Below are positions 28,509-37,396 of a DNA stretch of 64,000 nucleotides, piece by piece; position 1 is the stretch's first letter, and every line of letters starts with the position of its first letter. Under the pieces are notes generated by a model, which did not search any database, was not told the origin of the DNA, and saw only the letters and a program-made list of their open reading frames with translations. The translations under genes and the position numbers were made by a program. Source of the stretch: Acidimicrobiia bacterium (GTDB taxonomy: Bacteria > Actinomycetota > Acidimicrobiia > Spongiisociales > UBA11373); contig JBFELU010000001.1 in assembly GCA_041551965.1 (NCBI GenBank), positions 5,132 through 69,131 of the forward strand. Direction: 5' to 3'.

Positions 28509-28886
28509 CGCGAAACAAAGCGTTCGGTCGCGAAAACGAACCTGCGGCTGAGAGGGCGATCGCTCCGTCGACTCTCTAACGTGACGGGACCGTCGAGTCG
28601 GGAGACCGGCACGACGGAGGCGACGGCCTCCTCCGCAAGGAGGAACGGGCGACACGGGCCTTCGGGTCCGAGCCGGCCGGGGTCGGAGTCGGCCCCGCCG
28701 AGAGTTCGCTCGAGGCAGGGATCGGAGTGGTCGCAAGGCCGCTTCGGCTCCCGCCGGGGAACCGGCCCGCAAGGGAACGGATCCGACGGGAAGGGAACCC
28801 CGAGAGGGCGGAGGCTTCGGCCGAAACTCCCTCGGGGTTTCCCGCGTTCCGTCCGCTGCGGCGTCCCGGGATTCCCGAGACGCCGC
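28509..28886 (+). ncRNA. Candidate structured RNA element, copy B (3' of the ferritin gene); a paralog of copy A
   Basis: It begins 4 nt after the ferritin stop. Tetraloop hairpins are GCAA (28635-38, 28733-36, 28769-72) and UUCG (28661-64, 28743-46, 28816-19). It shares sequence blocks and a nested helix module with copy A. Confidence 0.45.
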
Positions 28887-28900
28887 ATGATTCTTGATCG
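28858..28900 (+). terminator. Strong terminal hairpin of copy B followed by a relatively U-rich tail; possible intrinsic terminator of the ferritin transcript
   Basis: GCGGCGTC (28858-65) pairs perfectly with GACGCCGC (28879-86). An inner stem CGGG/CCCG encloses an AUU loop. The hairpin is followed by AUGAUUCUUGAU. Confidence 0.35.
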
Positions 28901-29181
28901 CCTCTTCGCAGTCGCCTGACCGACGCCGGACGCGATCGCGGAGTCCGACAATGCAGAGGCGGTCAACGTCAGCACCCGCGTGATCGTGTCGGCCAAACAC
29001 GTCAGCGCCAGTGCATTGGGTGCCTACCTGTTCAAGAACACACACGAACTGAGCGCAGTACTCACCGATTCCGGGACCGTGCAGAACGCGGCCCTGACTA
29101 CCCCGTTCTGCGAGCGCGCGGGCAAGGTCGTGTTAGGTGATCGGCGAAGTCTGGTGAGGTATCTACGTGCGGCTGGGGCGT

Positions 29182-29469
29182 TCACCCCGACTCACCGAAA
29201 CGCTCAAACGCTTCGGCACAAGCTCGATTCCATCCGGCATCCCCGGTCCAGTAGAAATCGAAGGACCTGAACTCGAAGTCGTCGGCGTAGAACGGGTCTG
29301 AGGTGAGACCTGGTTGCCCTGCCTCACCGAGTTCGATACCGACCTGCCCGTGCAGGTCCATGTTCCGGGAGCACCAGTTCTTCGCCTCCTCGGAGAGGGA
29401 TGGCCCGCCGTTGCCGCATGCAGCTGTGGCCAGGGCAACGGTCAAGACGATGGCAACGATCCGATTCAT
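29182..29469 (-). CDS. Small lipoprotein, function unknown
   Basis: I set the start at ATG 29469, which is preceded by GGAGGGGGA. The signal sequence plus lipobox is MNRIVAIVLTVALATAAC. The longer ORF (to 29679) overlaps the divergent gene's upstream region. Confidence 0.6.
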   Translation of the reverse strand: MNRIVAIVLTVALATAACGNGGPSLSEEAKNWCSRNMDLHGQVGIELGEAGQPGLTSDPFYADDFEFRSFDFYWTGDAGWNRACAEAFERFGESG

Positions 29470-29616
29470 CTCCCCCTCCGGGTGTGGATGACTGCATCTT
29501 GCCATGGTCTGCTGGTTGCCCCTGGGCAAAGGTCCCACTCCGCATCCATCCGCGAGCGTCGCGTGCAGATGCGAATCGCTCTTGTGAACCTGACTGCCCG
29601 TCCTAGGATTCATCCC

Positions 29617-30231
29617 ATGGGTTATCCGGAGCGCCTCCTCACAACCGGCGAGAAGATCGTTCGAGAGTTCCGACCGCATTGGAGGTTGCTGGTCATTCCA
29701 TTTGGGTGGACGGTGCTCATGGGCGCCGCCGTGCTACTCACGTGGGTCTTCCCGCCCGATCAGGAGATCTTCGATTGGGCCGTCACCGGGGCGGCGGTGG
29801 TGGGGTTCTTCGTGCTCGGGCTGTACCCCTTCATCTCGTGGTGGTTCACGTGGTACATCCTCACGACCGAGCGCCTCATCACCCGGCGGGGCGTGTTGGC
29901 CCGAAAGGGTCTCGAGATGCCTCTCGAGAACATCAACGATGTCTCGTTCAGCCAGACGATCCTCGAACGGGTCCTGCGGTCGGGCGATCTCCTCATCGAA
30001 TCAGCGGGTGAGATGGGTCAGAGCCGGTTCGGCGACATCCCCAGCCCCGAGGAGTTCCAGAGCCTGCTCTATCGAGTACGGGAAGACCGGTCGAAGTCCT
30101 TGAGCGGCGCCGGACCCGGATCGGACTCGGTGAGCAAACTGGAGCGGCTGGCACAGCTCTTCAAGGACGGCCTCCTCGATCGCGACGAATACGAGGCCAA
30201 GAAGCAGTCGCTCCTGGACGACGACGCCTGA
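29617..30231 (+). CDS. Membrane bacterial-PH (bPH_2/YdbS-like) domain protein with a C-terminal SHOCT domain
   Basis: E.I..EFRPHWR is followed by two TM helices, then TTERLI.RRG.L.....E.PL..I..V...Q....R.L..G.L (the bPH_2 pattern). The C-terminus (LERLAQLFKDGLLDRDEYEAKKQSLL) is SHOCT-like. I set the start at ATG 29617. Confidence 0.75.
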   Translation: MGYPERLLTTGEKIVREFRPHWRLLVIPFGWTVLMGAAVLLTWVFPPDQEIFDWAVTGAAVVGFFVLGLYPFISWWFTWYILTTERLITRRGVLARKGLEMPLENINDVSFSQTILERVLRSGDLLIESAGEMGQSRFGDIPSPEEFQSLLYRVREDRSKSLSGAGPGSDSVSKLERLAQLFKDGLLDRDEYEAKKQSLLDDDA

Positions 30232-30315
30232 GCAACCGGCTCAGGCCACGGTCGTCCTCTCCTCGGTGCTGCGGACTGCAGGCGGAGCGCGGTCGGCCCC
30301 CTAACCTGCTCGGCT

Positions 30316-30780
30316 ATGGAGACGCCGGCCATCGCTGCAGTGACCGCCGCCGGTCTCGCCCATCGGGTCGTCACCTACGGCCGGGTGCGCGACCTCGACG
30401 AGGCGGCGGCGAAGCGGGGAATCGCCGTCGATCGCATCATCAAGACGTTGGTGATCCGGCGGGGAGACGACGACTACCTCTTCGTGCTGGTACCGGGCGA
30501 CCGGGTGATCGACTGGCCCCGGCTGCGGGCTCACTTGGGGGTCACCCGGGTCTCGCTCGCCGACGCCGATGATGCCCTGGCGGTGACCGGCTATCCGCGG
30601 GGAGCCATCACCCCGTTCGGTTCACGGACCCGCCTCCCTGTCATCGCCGACGAGGGTATCGGGGCGATGGGCGAGGTTTCGGTCGGTGGGGGAGCTCACG
30701 GGGTCGCCATCCATCTCGAGGGCGCCATCCTGGTCGAACACCTCGAGGCCCAGACGGTGAGGGTGACCCGTCCCCGCTAG
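30316..30780 (+). CDS. YbaK/EbsC-family aminoacyl-tRNA editing (trans-deacylase) domain protein
   Basis: 154 aa. Family blocks are present: IIKTLV....DD.YLFVLVPGD..ID...L and TGY..GAITPFG. Confidence 0.8.
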   Translation: METPAIAAVTAAGLAHRVVTYGRVRDLDEAAAKRGIAVDRIIKTLVIRRGDDDYLFVLVPGDRVIDWPRLRAHLGVTRVSLADADDALAVTGYPRGAITPFGSRTRLPVIADEGIGAMGEVSVGGGAHGVAIHLEGAILVEHLEAQTVRVTRPR

Positions 30781-30784
30781 CGTC

Positions 30785-31150
30785 TTGGCAGTGCACGGTC
30801 TCCATCAATCATGGGCGTACGTTGCGGTGGCGCTCGCCGGACTGGCTGGGTCGTGGGGGCTGGCGCTGGCCGTGGCCCGTCGCCCGGTGACCGTCGTGTC
30901 CCGGTGGGTCTTCGGGGCCGGAGCGGGGGCGATGCTGCTCGAGGTGGCCCTCGGTCTCATCCTCCTGCAGCAGGGCAAGGAACCCGGCGACGACTTTCAC
31001 GTGTTCTACGGGATCGTGATCGTGATCACCTTCGCGTTCGCCTACATCTTCCGGACTCAGATCGCCCGACGGCCTGCGGTGACCTGGGGACTCATGCTCC
31101 TCTTCGTGATGGGCCTCGGCCTGCGGGCGTGGGCCAACGCGGGCGGCTGA
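30785..31150 (+). CDS. Small integral membrane protein, function unknown
   Basis: The 121-aa ORF has four hydrophobic segments, fills the gap between two well-supported genes, and has typical coding composition. Confidence 0.5.
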   Translation: MAVHGLHQSWAYVAVALAGLAGSWGLALAVARRPVTVVSRWVFGAGAGAMLLEVALGLILLQQGKEPGDDFHVFYGIVIVITFAFAYIFRTQIARRPAVTWGLMLLFVMGLGLRAWANAGG

Positions 31151-31190
31151 GTGCCCGGTCTCCTACCATGACGCCTTCCGAGGAGAATCA

Positions 31191-31979
31191 GTGATTCTGA
31201 ACGAGAAGCGCCTTCTGGTGACCGGTGTCCTCACGGATGATTCGATTGCCTGGCACAGCGCCCGGGTCGCCCAGGAGCAGGGAGCCGAGGTCGTGCTCAC
31301 CGGATTCGGGCGGGCCCGCAGCCTCACCGAACGCTCGGCACGGCGCCTGCCGCGACCGCCGGACGTACTCGAGCTCGACATCACCAGCGACGCCGACATG
31401 CGGGAGCTGGTCTCCGAGCTCGATCGGCGTTGGGGCGGGATCGACGGCGCATTGCACGCCATTGCGTACGCCCCCGAGGATGCCCTGGGAGGGCGGTTCC
31501 TCGAGACGCCCGCCGACAGTGCGGCGACCACCTTCCTGACCTCTGCGTTCTCGTACAAGACCCTGGCGGTCGGCCTCCTCCCACTCTTCCGTAAGGCGGG
31601 CGGGGGAGCCCTGGTGACGCTGGACTTCGACAACACCCAGGCCTGGCCCGCCTACGACTGGATGGGGGTCGCCAAATCGGCCCTGGAATCGGTGACGAGG
31701 TATCTCGCCCGGGACCTGGGGGCCGACGGCATCAGGGTGAACGCGGTGTCGGCCGGACCCCTAGGCACCGTCGCCGCCAAATCGATTCCCGGCTTCGCCC
31801 GGTTCCAGGAGGTCTGGTCGGAGAGGGCTCCCTTGGGCTGGGACGTCGGTGACCCCGATGCCGTGGCTCGGATGGTCGCGGTGCTGCTGTCTGAATGGTG
31901 CCCGATGACGACGGGAGAGGTGATCCACGTGGACGGCGGGTTTCACGCCGTCGCCGCCGGGTCGGGGGATGAGGCCTAG
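31191..31979 (+). CDS. fabI: Enoyl-[acyl-carrier-protein] reductase (NADH), FabI/InhA type
   Basis: The N-terminus is KRLLVTGV..DDSIAW..A...QEQGAEVVLTGF. The SDR-like core is present, along with a Y...K region (YDWMGVAKSALES). Confidence 0.9.
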   Translation: MILNEKRLLVTGVLTDDSIAWHSARVAQEQGAEVVLTGFGRARSLTERSARRLPRPPDVLELDITSDADMRELVSELDRRWGGIDGALHAIAYAPEDALGGRFLETPADSAATTFLTSAFSYKTLAVGLLPLFRKAGGGALVTLDFDNTQAWPAYDWMGVAKSALESVTRYLARDLGADGIRVNAVSAGPLGTVAAKSIPGFARFQEVWSERAPLGWDVGDPDAVARMVAVLLSEWCPMTTGEVIHVDGGFHAVAAGSGDEA

Positions 31980-33778
31980 GCGACTGCGGCCGACGACTCC
32001 CGCGAGACGGGCTTGAGCTGCGGCACCCGGATCTTGAAGGTGGCTCCGCCGCCCGGGGTCGGTTCGTAGCGGATCGTTCCGCCCATCGCCTCCACGAGCC
32101 CCCGCGAGATGGCGAGACCGAGCCCCACGCCCCCTTTGGCATCGACGGACTTGCGATTCAACTGGGTGAAAGAGTCGAACGCCCGATCCCGCATTTCGAA
32201 GGGGAGCCCCGGGCCGTGGTCGGCCACAGTCAGTGAGAGACCGCCGGCTTCCGGCCGTATCACGATCTCGATCGGGGATCCCTCCCCGTACTTCACGGAG
32301 TTGGCCAGCAGGTTGATGAGCACACGCCTGGTGTGGGTCGGATCCAGGGTGACCTGGGAGAGCGTCGGGGCGAGGCGAACCGTCACCAGTTGCCCGGAGC
32401 CGGGCACGTCTCCGACCGCACTCCTGATGAGGTCCCGCACGTCGACGATCTCCGGGCGCACCGGGATGGCCCGGTTGTCCACCCGCGAGATCACCAGAAG
32501 ATCCTCGATGAGCATGTTGAGACGATCGGCCTGCTTCGCTCCGGATTCCAGGAGGGATCGGATCGTGGGATCCGGATGGGCGAATTCCGGCCGCAGGGCC
32601 GTCTTGAGTCCGCCGATGATCGAGGTGAGCGGAGTGCGGAGCTCGTGGCTGACGACCGAGACGAAGTTCGATTTGAGTTCGGCCAGTTCGGCCATCCGCT
32701 CCGAGGTCTCGCGGGCCTCCTGATAGCGGGAGATGTGATCCAGGACCAACGCGGCCGGGGCGGCCAGGGACTCCAGGATCTCGGCATCGCGGTCATCGAA
32801 GTCGCCTGTGATGCGGTTGGCGAGGAGCAGTACCCCCACATCTCGATCCTCGATGCGGAGTTTGCTCGCAATGAGATTGTGGAGCCGGTACCCACCGACG
32901 AGATCGCCCCAGGCGTCGGCCGAGCTCTCGAGGGTGTTCACGACCGCCCGGACGTCCTCGACGAACACCCGTTGAGCGACGCCGTGTTCGGTCAGAGGCA
33001 GGATGCTGGGTCGGTCCACCGCAGTGTCGCCGAGAGCCGACCAGGAGGGTTGGAGCAACTCGAGGGCCTGCTCCTCGGGCCTATAGGCGAAGACCATGCC
33101 GACTCTCGCCGCCACCGACTCGGCGGCCCTGCGCAGGATCTCGGGGACCACTTCGCTCAGCGTGCTGCCGGCTGCGATGCTGCGGAGCACCGCGTAGGCG
33201 CGCTCGAGCTCTGCCTCGCGTTGAATCAGAACACCCTCCTCGCGACGCAGGTCCCGGATCGTGAGCGACTCCCTTCGGATACGGGTCTCCAGCTCCTCGG
33301 CGACGATCGCCGCCAGCATGCCCAGGCTCGTGATGCCGATCATGCCGGCGGCGTCGCCGAGCCCGATCGTGATTTCGGACCGGAGCGACGCGAACACGTA
33401 GGCGCCCACTGAGCCGGCGACGACCACGGCGGCCGCCGATCGGGGCAGCATCATCCCGGCGAACACGGCCAAACCGAGGTGGAGGCCCAGCACCGGTGGG
33501 CCCATGTCCAGGTCGGGGGCCACCCCCAGGAGGCCCACCATCGCCGTCAGCCAGACCACGATCACGGCATCGCCGAGCGAGGTGCGGAGGAGCCGCGACC
33601 ACGGGAGAACGCTGAGGACCATCGTCGCGACGACGGCGATCGCCAGGGGAAGGTACACGGCCTCGAATCGCTCCTGATCTCGGAAGCGGTCCCAGGCAAT
33701 CAGCGCGAGGCCGATCCACATCAGGGCAATGGCGATCCGAACCGCCCACACCCTGAATCTCGGCGCGATGGGCCTCAT
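31976..33778 (-). CDS. Membrane sensor histidine kinase with a GAF domain; no adjacent response regulator
   Basis: There are multiple N-terminal TM helices, a GAF-like middle region, an H-box (SHELRTPLTSI), and an HATPase region (DHGPGL, GLGLAISRGL). I set the start at ATG 33778 to avoid overlapping the ddl start. Confidence 0.85.
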   Translation of the reverse strand: MRPIAPRFRVWAVRIAIALMWIGLALIAWDRFRDQERFEAVYLPLAIAVVATMVLSVLPWSRLLRTSLGDAVIVVWLTAMVGLLGVAPDLDMGPPVLGLHLGLAVFAGMMLPRSAAAVVVAGSVGAYVFASLRSEITIGLGDAAGMIGITSLGMLAAIVAEELETRIRRESLTIRDLRREEGVLIQREAELERAYAVLRSIAAGSTLSEVVPEILRRAAESVAARVGMVFAYRPEEQALELLQPSWSALGDTAVDRPSILPLTEHGVAQRVFVEDVRAVVNTLESSADAWGDLVGGYRLHNLIASKLRIEDRDVGVLLLANRITGDFDDRDAEILESLAAPAALVLDHISRYQEARETSERMAELAELKSNFVSVVSHELRTPLTSIIGGLKTALRPEFAHPDPTIRSLLESGAKQADRLNMLIEDLLVISRVDNRAIPVRPEIVDVRDLIRSAVGDVPGSGQLVTVRLAPTLSQVTLDPTHTRRVLINLLANSVKYGEGSPIEIVIRPEAGGLSLTVADHGPGLPFEMRDRAFDSFTQLNRKSVDAKGGVGLGLAISRGLVEAMGGTIRYEPTPGGGATFKIRVPQLKPVSRESSAAVA

Positions 33779-33820
33779 GCGGCCCCCTGAGCTCGCGAAC
33801 TCACTTGGTAATCTCCGGTC

Positions 33821-34834
33821 GTGGCTCGTGTTGCTGTGTTCTTCGGCGGTCGATCGGCGGAACATGAGGTCTCATGCGTCTCCGCCGTCGCCGTCATGGC
33901 CGCCCTCGCCGAGAAGGGACACGAAGCCGTCCCCATCGGGATCGACGGAGACGGTGGATGGCACGCGGCCGACCCCAGCCTCGAGCCGCTGAAGGCCGAG
34001 GGACCGGACGTGGTCTTCGAGGTCCCGGGAGGGATGATTCGGGGCCCCGGAGGCACGATCCGATTCGACGTGGCCTTTCCCGTTCTCCACGGTCCCTACG
34101 GGGAGGACGGGACGGTACAGGGCATGTTCGAAATGGCGGGCAAGCCCTACGTCGGATCCGGGGTCCTCGGCTCAGCGGCCGCCATGGACAAGGACGTCGC
34201 CAAGCGGCTCTTCCGCGAGGCCGGCATCCCGATCACCCCTTTCTTCGTCGTGCGGCGCTCCCAGTTCGAGGACGATCCGGGAGAGGTGATCGAGGAACTC
34301 GTCGATGAGATCGGGCTCCCGGTGTTCGCCAAGCCGGCCGCCCTCGGTTCCTCGGTCGGTATCGGCCGGGCCGTCGACGTGGAGGGCGTCAAGGACGCGC
34401 TTCAGGAGGCGTTCCGACACGGACCGAAGGCCGTCGTCGAGCCTGAGATCACCGGTCGGGAGATCGAAGTCGCCGTGCTCCAGGGCCCTCGGGCATCGGT
34501 TCCCGGTGAGATCGTGGTGCGCGACGGTTGGTACACCTATCAGGCCAAGTACCAGGACGATGCCACCGAGCTCATCGTTCCTGCGGCCCTGGACGGGGCC
34601 GCCGAAGCGACCGTTCGCCGGCTGGCATGCCGGGCCTTCGAGGTCGTCGAGGGCGCCGGGCTCGCTCGCGTGGACTTCTTCTACGAGGCAGGTGGCCGCG
34701 GGTTCATCCTGAACGAGGTCAACACCATGCCGGGTTTCACCCCAAAGTCGATGTTCCCGATGATGTGGGCCGCTTCGGGGATGCCGTATCCGGATCTCTG
34801 CGACGAACTGGTGACCCTGGCATTGGAGCGGTGA
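33821..34834 (+). CDS. ddl: D-alanine--D-alanine ligase
   Basis: It starts with GTG. The N-terminus is VAVFFGGRSAEHEVSCVSA, and it has an ATP-grasp core and the C-terminal EVNTMPGFT motif. Confidence 0.94.
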   Translation: MARVAVFFGGRSAEHEVSCVSAVAVMAALAEKGHEAVPIGIDGDGGWHAADPSLEPLKAEGPDVVFEVPGGMIRGPGGTIRFDVAFPVLHGPYGEDGTVQGMFEMAGKPYVGSGVLGSAAAMDKDVAKRLFREAGIPITPFFVVRRSQFEDDPGEVIEELVDEIGLPVFAKPAALGSSVGIGRAVDVEGVKDALQEAFRHGPKAVVEPEITGREIEVAVLQGPRASVPGEIVVRDGWYTYQAKYQDDATELIVPAALDGAAEATVRRLACRAFEVVEGAGLARVDFFYEAGGRGFILNEVNTMPGFTPKSMFPMMWAASGMPYPDLCDELVTLALER

Positions 34835-34879
34835 ATCCGCGCCGATGGGGGCCGGTGGAGCCCTGCGGGGCGGCGGCGC

Positions 34880-35119
34880 TCAGAGCTTGACGACGGGGCA
34901 GGTGAGCGTGCGGGTGATGCCCTCCACGGACTGGATCCGGGCGACGACGAGCTTGCCGAGCGAGTCGACGTCGTCGGCCTCTGCGTGGACGATCGCGTCG
35001 TAGGGGCCCGTAACCGCTTCGGCGGCGCGTACGCCGGGGATCTTCTCGACCTCACCGGCGACCTGAGCCGCCTTGCCGACCTCGGTCTGGATGAGCACGT
35101 AGGCTTCGACCACCTTCAC
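34880..35119 (-). CDS. Stand-alone Lrp/AsnC ligand-binding (RAM) domain protein
   Basis: 79 aa. The sequence (VEAYVLIQTEVGKA..V...V..IPGV..A..VTGPYD.IV.AEA) matches the AsnC_trans_reg domain pattern. There is no HTH region. Confidence 0.75.
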   Translation of the reverse strand: MKVVEAYVLIQTEVGKAAQVAGEVEKIPGVRAAEAVTGPYDAIVHAEADDVDSLGKLVVARIQSVEGITRTLTCPVVKL

Positions 35120-35187
35120 TCCTTCGCGGATTGACCGAGGCGGACTCTACCCGACCACACCGATCCTCGGGATCGCACCTCGGCCCG

Positions 35188-35400
35188 CTACGACCCGTCG
35201 GATCCAATGCGAACGTTGCCGGCGAAGGCCTGCTCCCCGTCGCTCTCGACCTCGAAGACGATCCGTTGGCCCTGACGGAGGGTGCGGAAGATGCTTCCCG
35301 CCAGCGAACCGGGTCGAAGGAGGATCTCGGTCCCGTCATCCTCGCGAACGATGACGCCGTATCCGGTTTCGGGGTCGTACACCTTGACGACGCCCTGCAC
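35188..35400 (-). CDS. Small OB-fold / cold-shock-domain-like protein (tentative)
   Basis: GTG 35400 lies 2 nt after the rpmB stop. The translation is (M)QGVVKVYDPETGYGVIVREDDGTEILLRPGSL...QRIVFEV, resembling the CSD pattern G.VK.F....G.GFI...DG.D.F. Confidence 0.5.
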   Translation of the reverse strand: MQGVVKVYDPETGYGVIVREDDGTEILLRPGSLAGSIFRTLRQGQRIVFEVESDGEQAFAGNVRIGSDGS

Positions 35401-35402
35401 GA

Positions 35403-35591
35403 TCAGACCTTCTCGACCTTGCCCGCCTTGAGACACGAGGTGCACACGCGAATACGGCGCGAATTGCTCCCATCGCGGACCCGGACGCGCTGGATGTTGG
35501 GCAGCCAGCGGCGATTGGTGCGCCGGTGGGAGTGGCTGACCTGCTTGCCGACCCACGGGCCCTTGCCGCAGATCTCACAGCGGTACGACAC
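35403..35591 (-). CDS. rpmB: 50S ribosomal protein L28
   Basis: The sequence is [35 protein letters not shown] chose the GTG start at 35591 ([10 protein letters not shown]), with AGGAGG 11 nt upstream. Confidence 0.85.
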   Translation of the reverse strand: MSYRCEICGKGPWVGKQVSHSHRRTNRRWLPNIQRVRVRDGSNSRRIRVCTSCLKAGKVEKV

Positions 35592-35677
35592 GGTGGAAGG
35601 AACCTCCTGACGAGCGGCCGGAAGGATAGCACCGGAGGACGGATGCGCCAGATCGTCCGCCGTATACTCCCCACGCT

Positions 35678-37396
35678 GTGGCGCCACCACTCCCGACGCT
35701 CCGCTTCCAAGACCTGAAGAAGGTCTTGCATCGCTACCTCATCAGGCTGCGCGAGCATCGCGACGCCCTCAATCGCCTGAACGTCTACCCGGTTCCGGAC
35801 GGCGATACCGGCACGAACATGACCCTCACGGTGGAAGCGGTCGTCGCCGAAGCCGATGGCACCGAGAGCATGGCGGATTTGGCCAAGGCCATTGCGCACG
35901 GTTCGCTGATGGGGGCCCAGGGGAACAGCGGGATCATCCTCAGCCAGATCCTCCGCGGTCTCGCCGACGTGTTCCGCGCCGTGGATCTGGTCGACCGCAC
36001 CCAGCTCGTCGAAGCCCTCGAGAAGGCGTCGATCGCCGCCTACGAGGCGGTCGGGCGGCCCGTCGAGGGCACGATTCTCACCGTGTTGCGAGAGGCCGCC
36101 GCCGCCGCTCAGGAGACCGAAACCCCGCAGGGCGAGAGCCTCGCCGATCTCCTTCGACGGGTCTATCGACGCGCCGAGAAGGCTCTGGAGGCCACTCCCG
36201 AACTGCTCCCGGTGCTCAAGGAGGCCGGGGTGGTCGATGCGGGCGGCGCCGGACTGCTGTTGCTTCTGGCCGCTTTCGTCGAGGAAGTCACCGGGGAGGA
36301 GATCGTGCTTCCCGACGACATCTTCCGAGCCGCCGCCGGTCAGGTCTTCGTCGGCGGCGGGGATGACTCGGTCGGCGACCTCCGCTACGAGGTCATGTAC
36401 CTGCTGGACGGATCCGACGATGCCGGCGACCGGCTTCGGGATTCGTGGTCCGCGATGGGTGACTCGATCGTCGTCGTCGGGGGAGGCGGGACCTGGAACT
36501 GCCACATTCACACAGACGAAATCGGCGGGGCGATCGAAGCGGGCATCGCCGTCGGGACGCCGCGGCGCATCAAGGTGACAGATCTCCTCGAACAGGCGGC
36601 CGAGATCGGCTTTCACGAACCCGATGACCGTTTTGAGCCACTCCCCGAATTCGCCAAGGCGGCCATCGGATTGGTTGCGGTGGCCAGCGGCCCCGGCCTG
36701 ATCGAGTTGTTCCGCAACTACGGCGCCCAGGGGATGGTCGTCGGAGGGCAGACGATGAACCCTTCGGTCGGCGATCTGCTCGGTGTGGTCGAGGCGGTGC
36801 CGGCGCAGACGGTCGTGATCCTTCCCAACAACAAGAACGTCGCCCCCGCCGCCGAGGAGGTGGATGCCCTCACCACCAAGGCCGTTCACGTCGTACCGAC
36901 CCGCTCGATCCCTCAGGGCATCGCCGCTCTCCTCGCCTACACGATCGAGGGAGATCCGGCGGACGTCGCCGCCGCCATGACCGGTGCCGCCGAGGACGTG
37001 CGAACCGGGGAGCTGACTCGGGCCGTGCGCGATGCCCGCACCCCGGCCGGGGCGATTGCCAAGGGCGACTGGCTGGGTCTCATCGATGGGCGGGTCGAGG
37101 TGATCGCCGGGACCGGGCGTCTCGTCCGAATCCTCGATCGGCTCCGGCGCCTCCTCGACGGAAGGGATCGGGATTCCCAGCGCACACGGGACGCGCTGCA
37201 GCGGGCGCTCGTCCGACTCCTCGCCGGCGTCGTCGACGAGCAGGCGGAGGTGGTGACGATCATCACCGGTGAAGGCGCGGATCCCGAGGTGACCGCGGCG
37301 GGGCGGGCATGGCTCGGGGAGCAGAGACCCGGTGTCGGGATCGATGTGATCGACGGGGGTCAACCGCTCTACCCCTACCTCATCGGAGCCGAGTGA
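35678..37396 (+). CDS. yloV: DAK2 domain fusion protein YloV
   Basis: The Dak2 block is [17 protein letters not shown], with a C-terminal DegV/YloV-type extension. Its position upstream of recG is conserved. Confidence 0.85.
   Translation: MAPPLPTLRFQDLKKVLHRYLIRLREHRDALNRLNVYPVPDGDTGTNMTLTVEAVVAEADGTESMADLAKAIAHGSLMGAQGNSGIILSQILRGLADVFRAVDLVDRTQLVEALEKASIAAYEAVGRPVEGTILTVLREAAAAAQETETPQGESLADLLRRVYRRAEKALEATPELLPVLKEAGVVDAGGAGLLLLLAAFVEEVTGEEIVLPDDIFRAAAGQVFVGGGDDSVGDLRYEVMYLLDGSDDAGDRLRDSWSAMGDSIVVVGGGGTWNCHIHTDEIGGAIEAGIAVGTPRRIKVTDLLEQAAEIGFHEPDDRFEPLPEFAKAAIGLVAVASGPGLIELFRNYGAQGMVVGGQTMNPSVGDLLGVVEAVPAQTVVILPNNKNVAPAAEEVDALTTKAVHVVPTRSIPQGIAALLAYTIEGDPADVAAAMTGAAEDVRTGELTRAVRDARTPAGAIAKGDWLGLIDGRVEVIAGTGRLVRILDRLRRLLDGRDRDSQRTRDALQRALVRLLAGVVDEQAEVVTIITGEGADPEVTAAGRAWLGEQRPGVGIDVIDGGQPLYPYLIGAE

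Noticed and set aside
27628-28886. The structured elements as known housekeeping RNAs (RNase P RNA, tmRNA, SRP/4.5S RNA, 6S RNA).
   Set aside because: I could not find the signature sequences I know for these. There is no GAGGAAAGUCC-type P4 strand, no tRNA-like acceptor end or tag ORF, no SRP domain IV GGAA/AGCA symmetric loop context, and no long imperfect 6S duplex. Two paralogous copies around one gene also do not fit.
29133-29151. An IdeR/DtxR iron box near the ferritin locus (TTAGGTGATCGGCGAAGTC).
   Set aside because: Only the first 6-8 positions resemble the TTAGGTTAGGCTAACCTAA consensus, and the second half-site is absent.
27518-29181. Direct repeats flanking ferritin, interpreted as a composite transposon, MITE or REP element.
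   Set aside because: There is no transposase or integrase. I could find no terminal inverted repeats or target-site duplication. The copies are strongly diverged, not near-identical. A genome-wide copy count is still needed, so this is left open as a refutation test in the main finding.
28980-29270. A 96-aa + strand ORF in the low-GC patch.
   Set aside because: It has no RBS and atypical composition, it overlaps the better-supported lipoprotein gene on the opposite strand, and it has no recognisable family.
31976-31979. Convergent gene pairs sharing a palindromic CTAG that serves as the stop codon on both strands (fabI/histidine kinase here; rimM/gap at 57864-57867).
   Set aside because: This is a real observation, but a trivial consequence of TAG being half of the CTAG palindrome in a compact genome. 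No function is implied.
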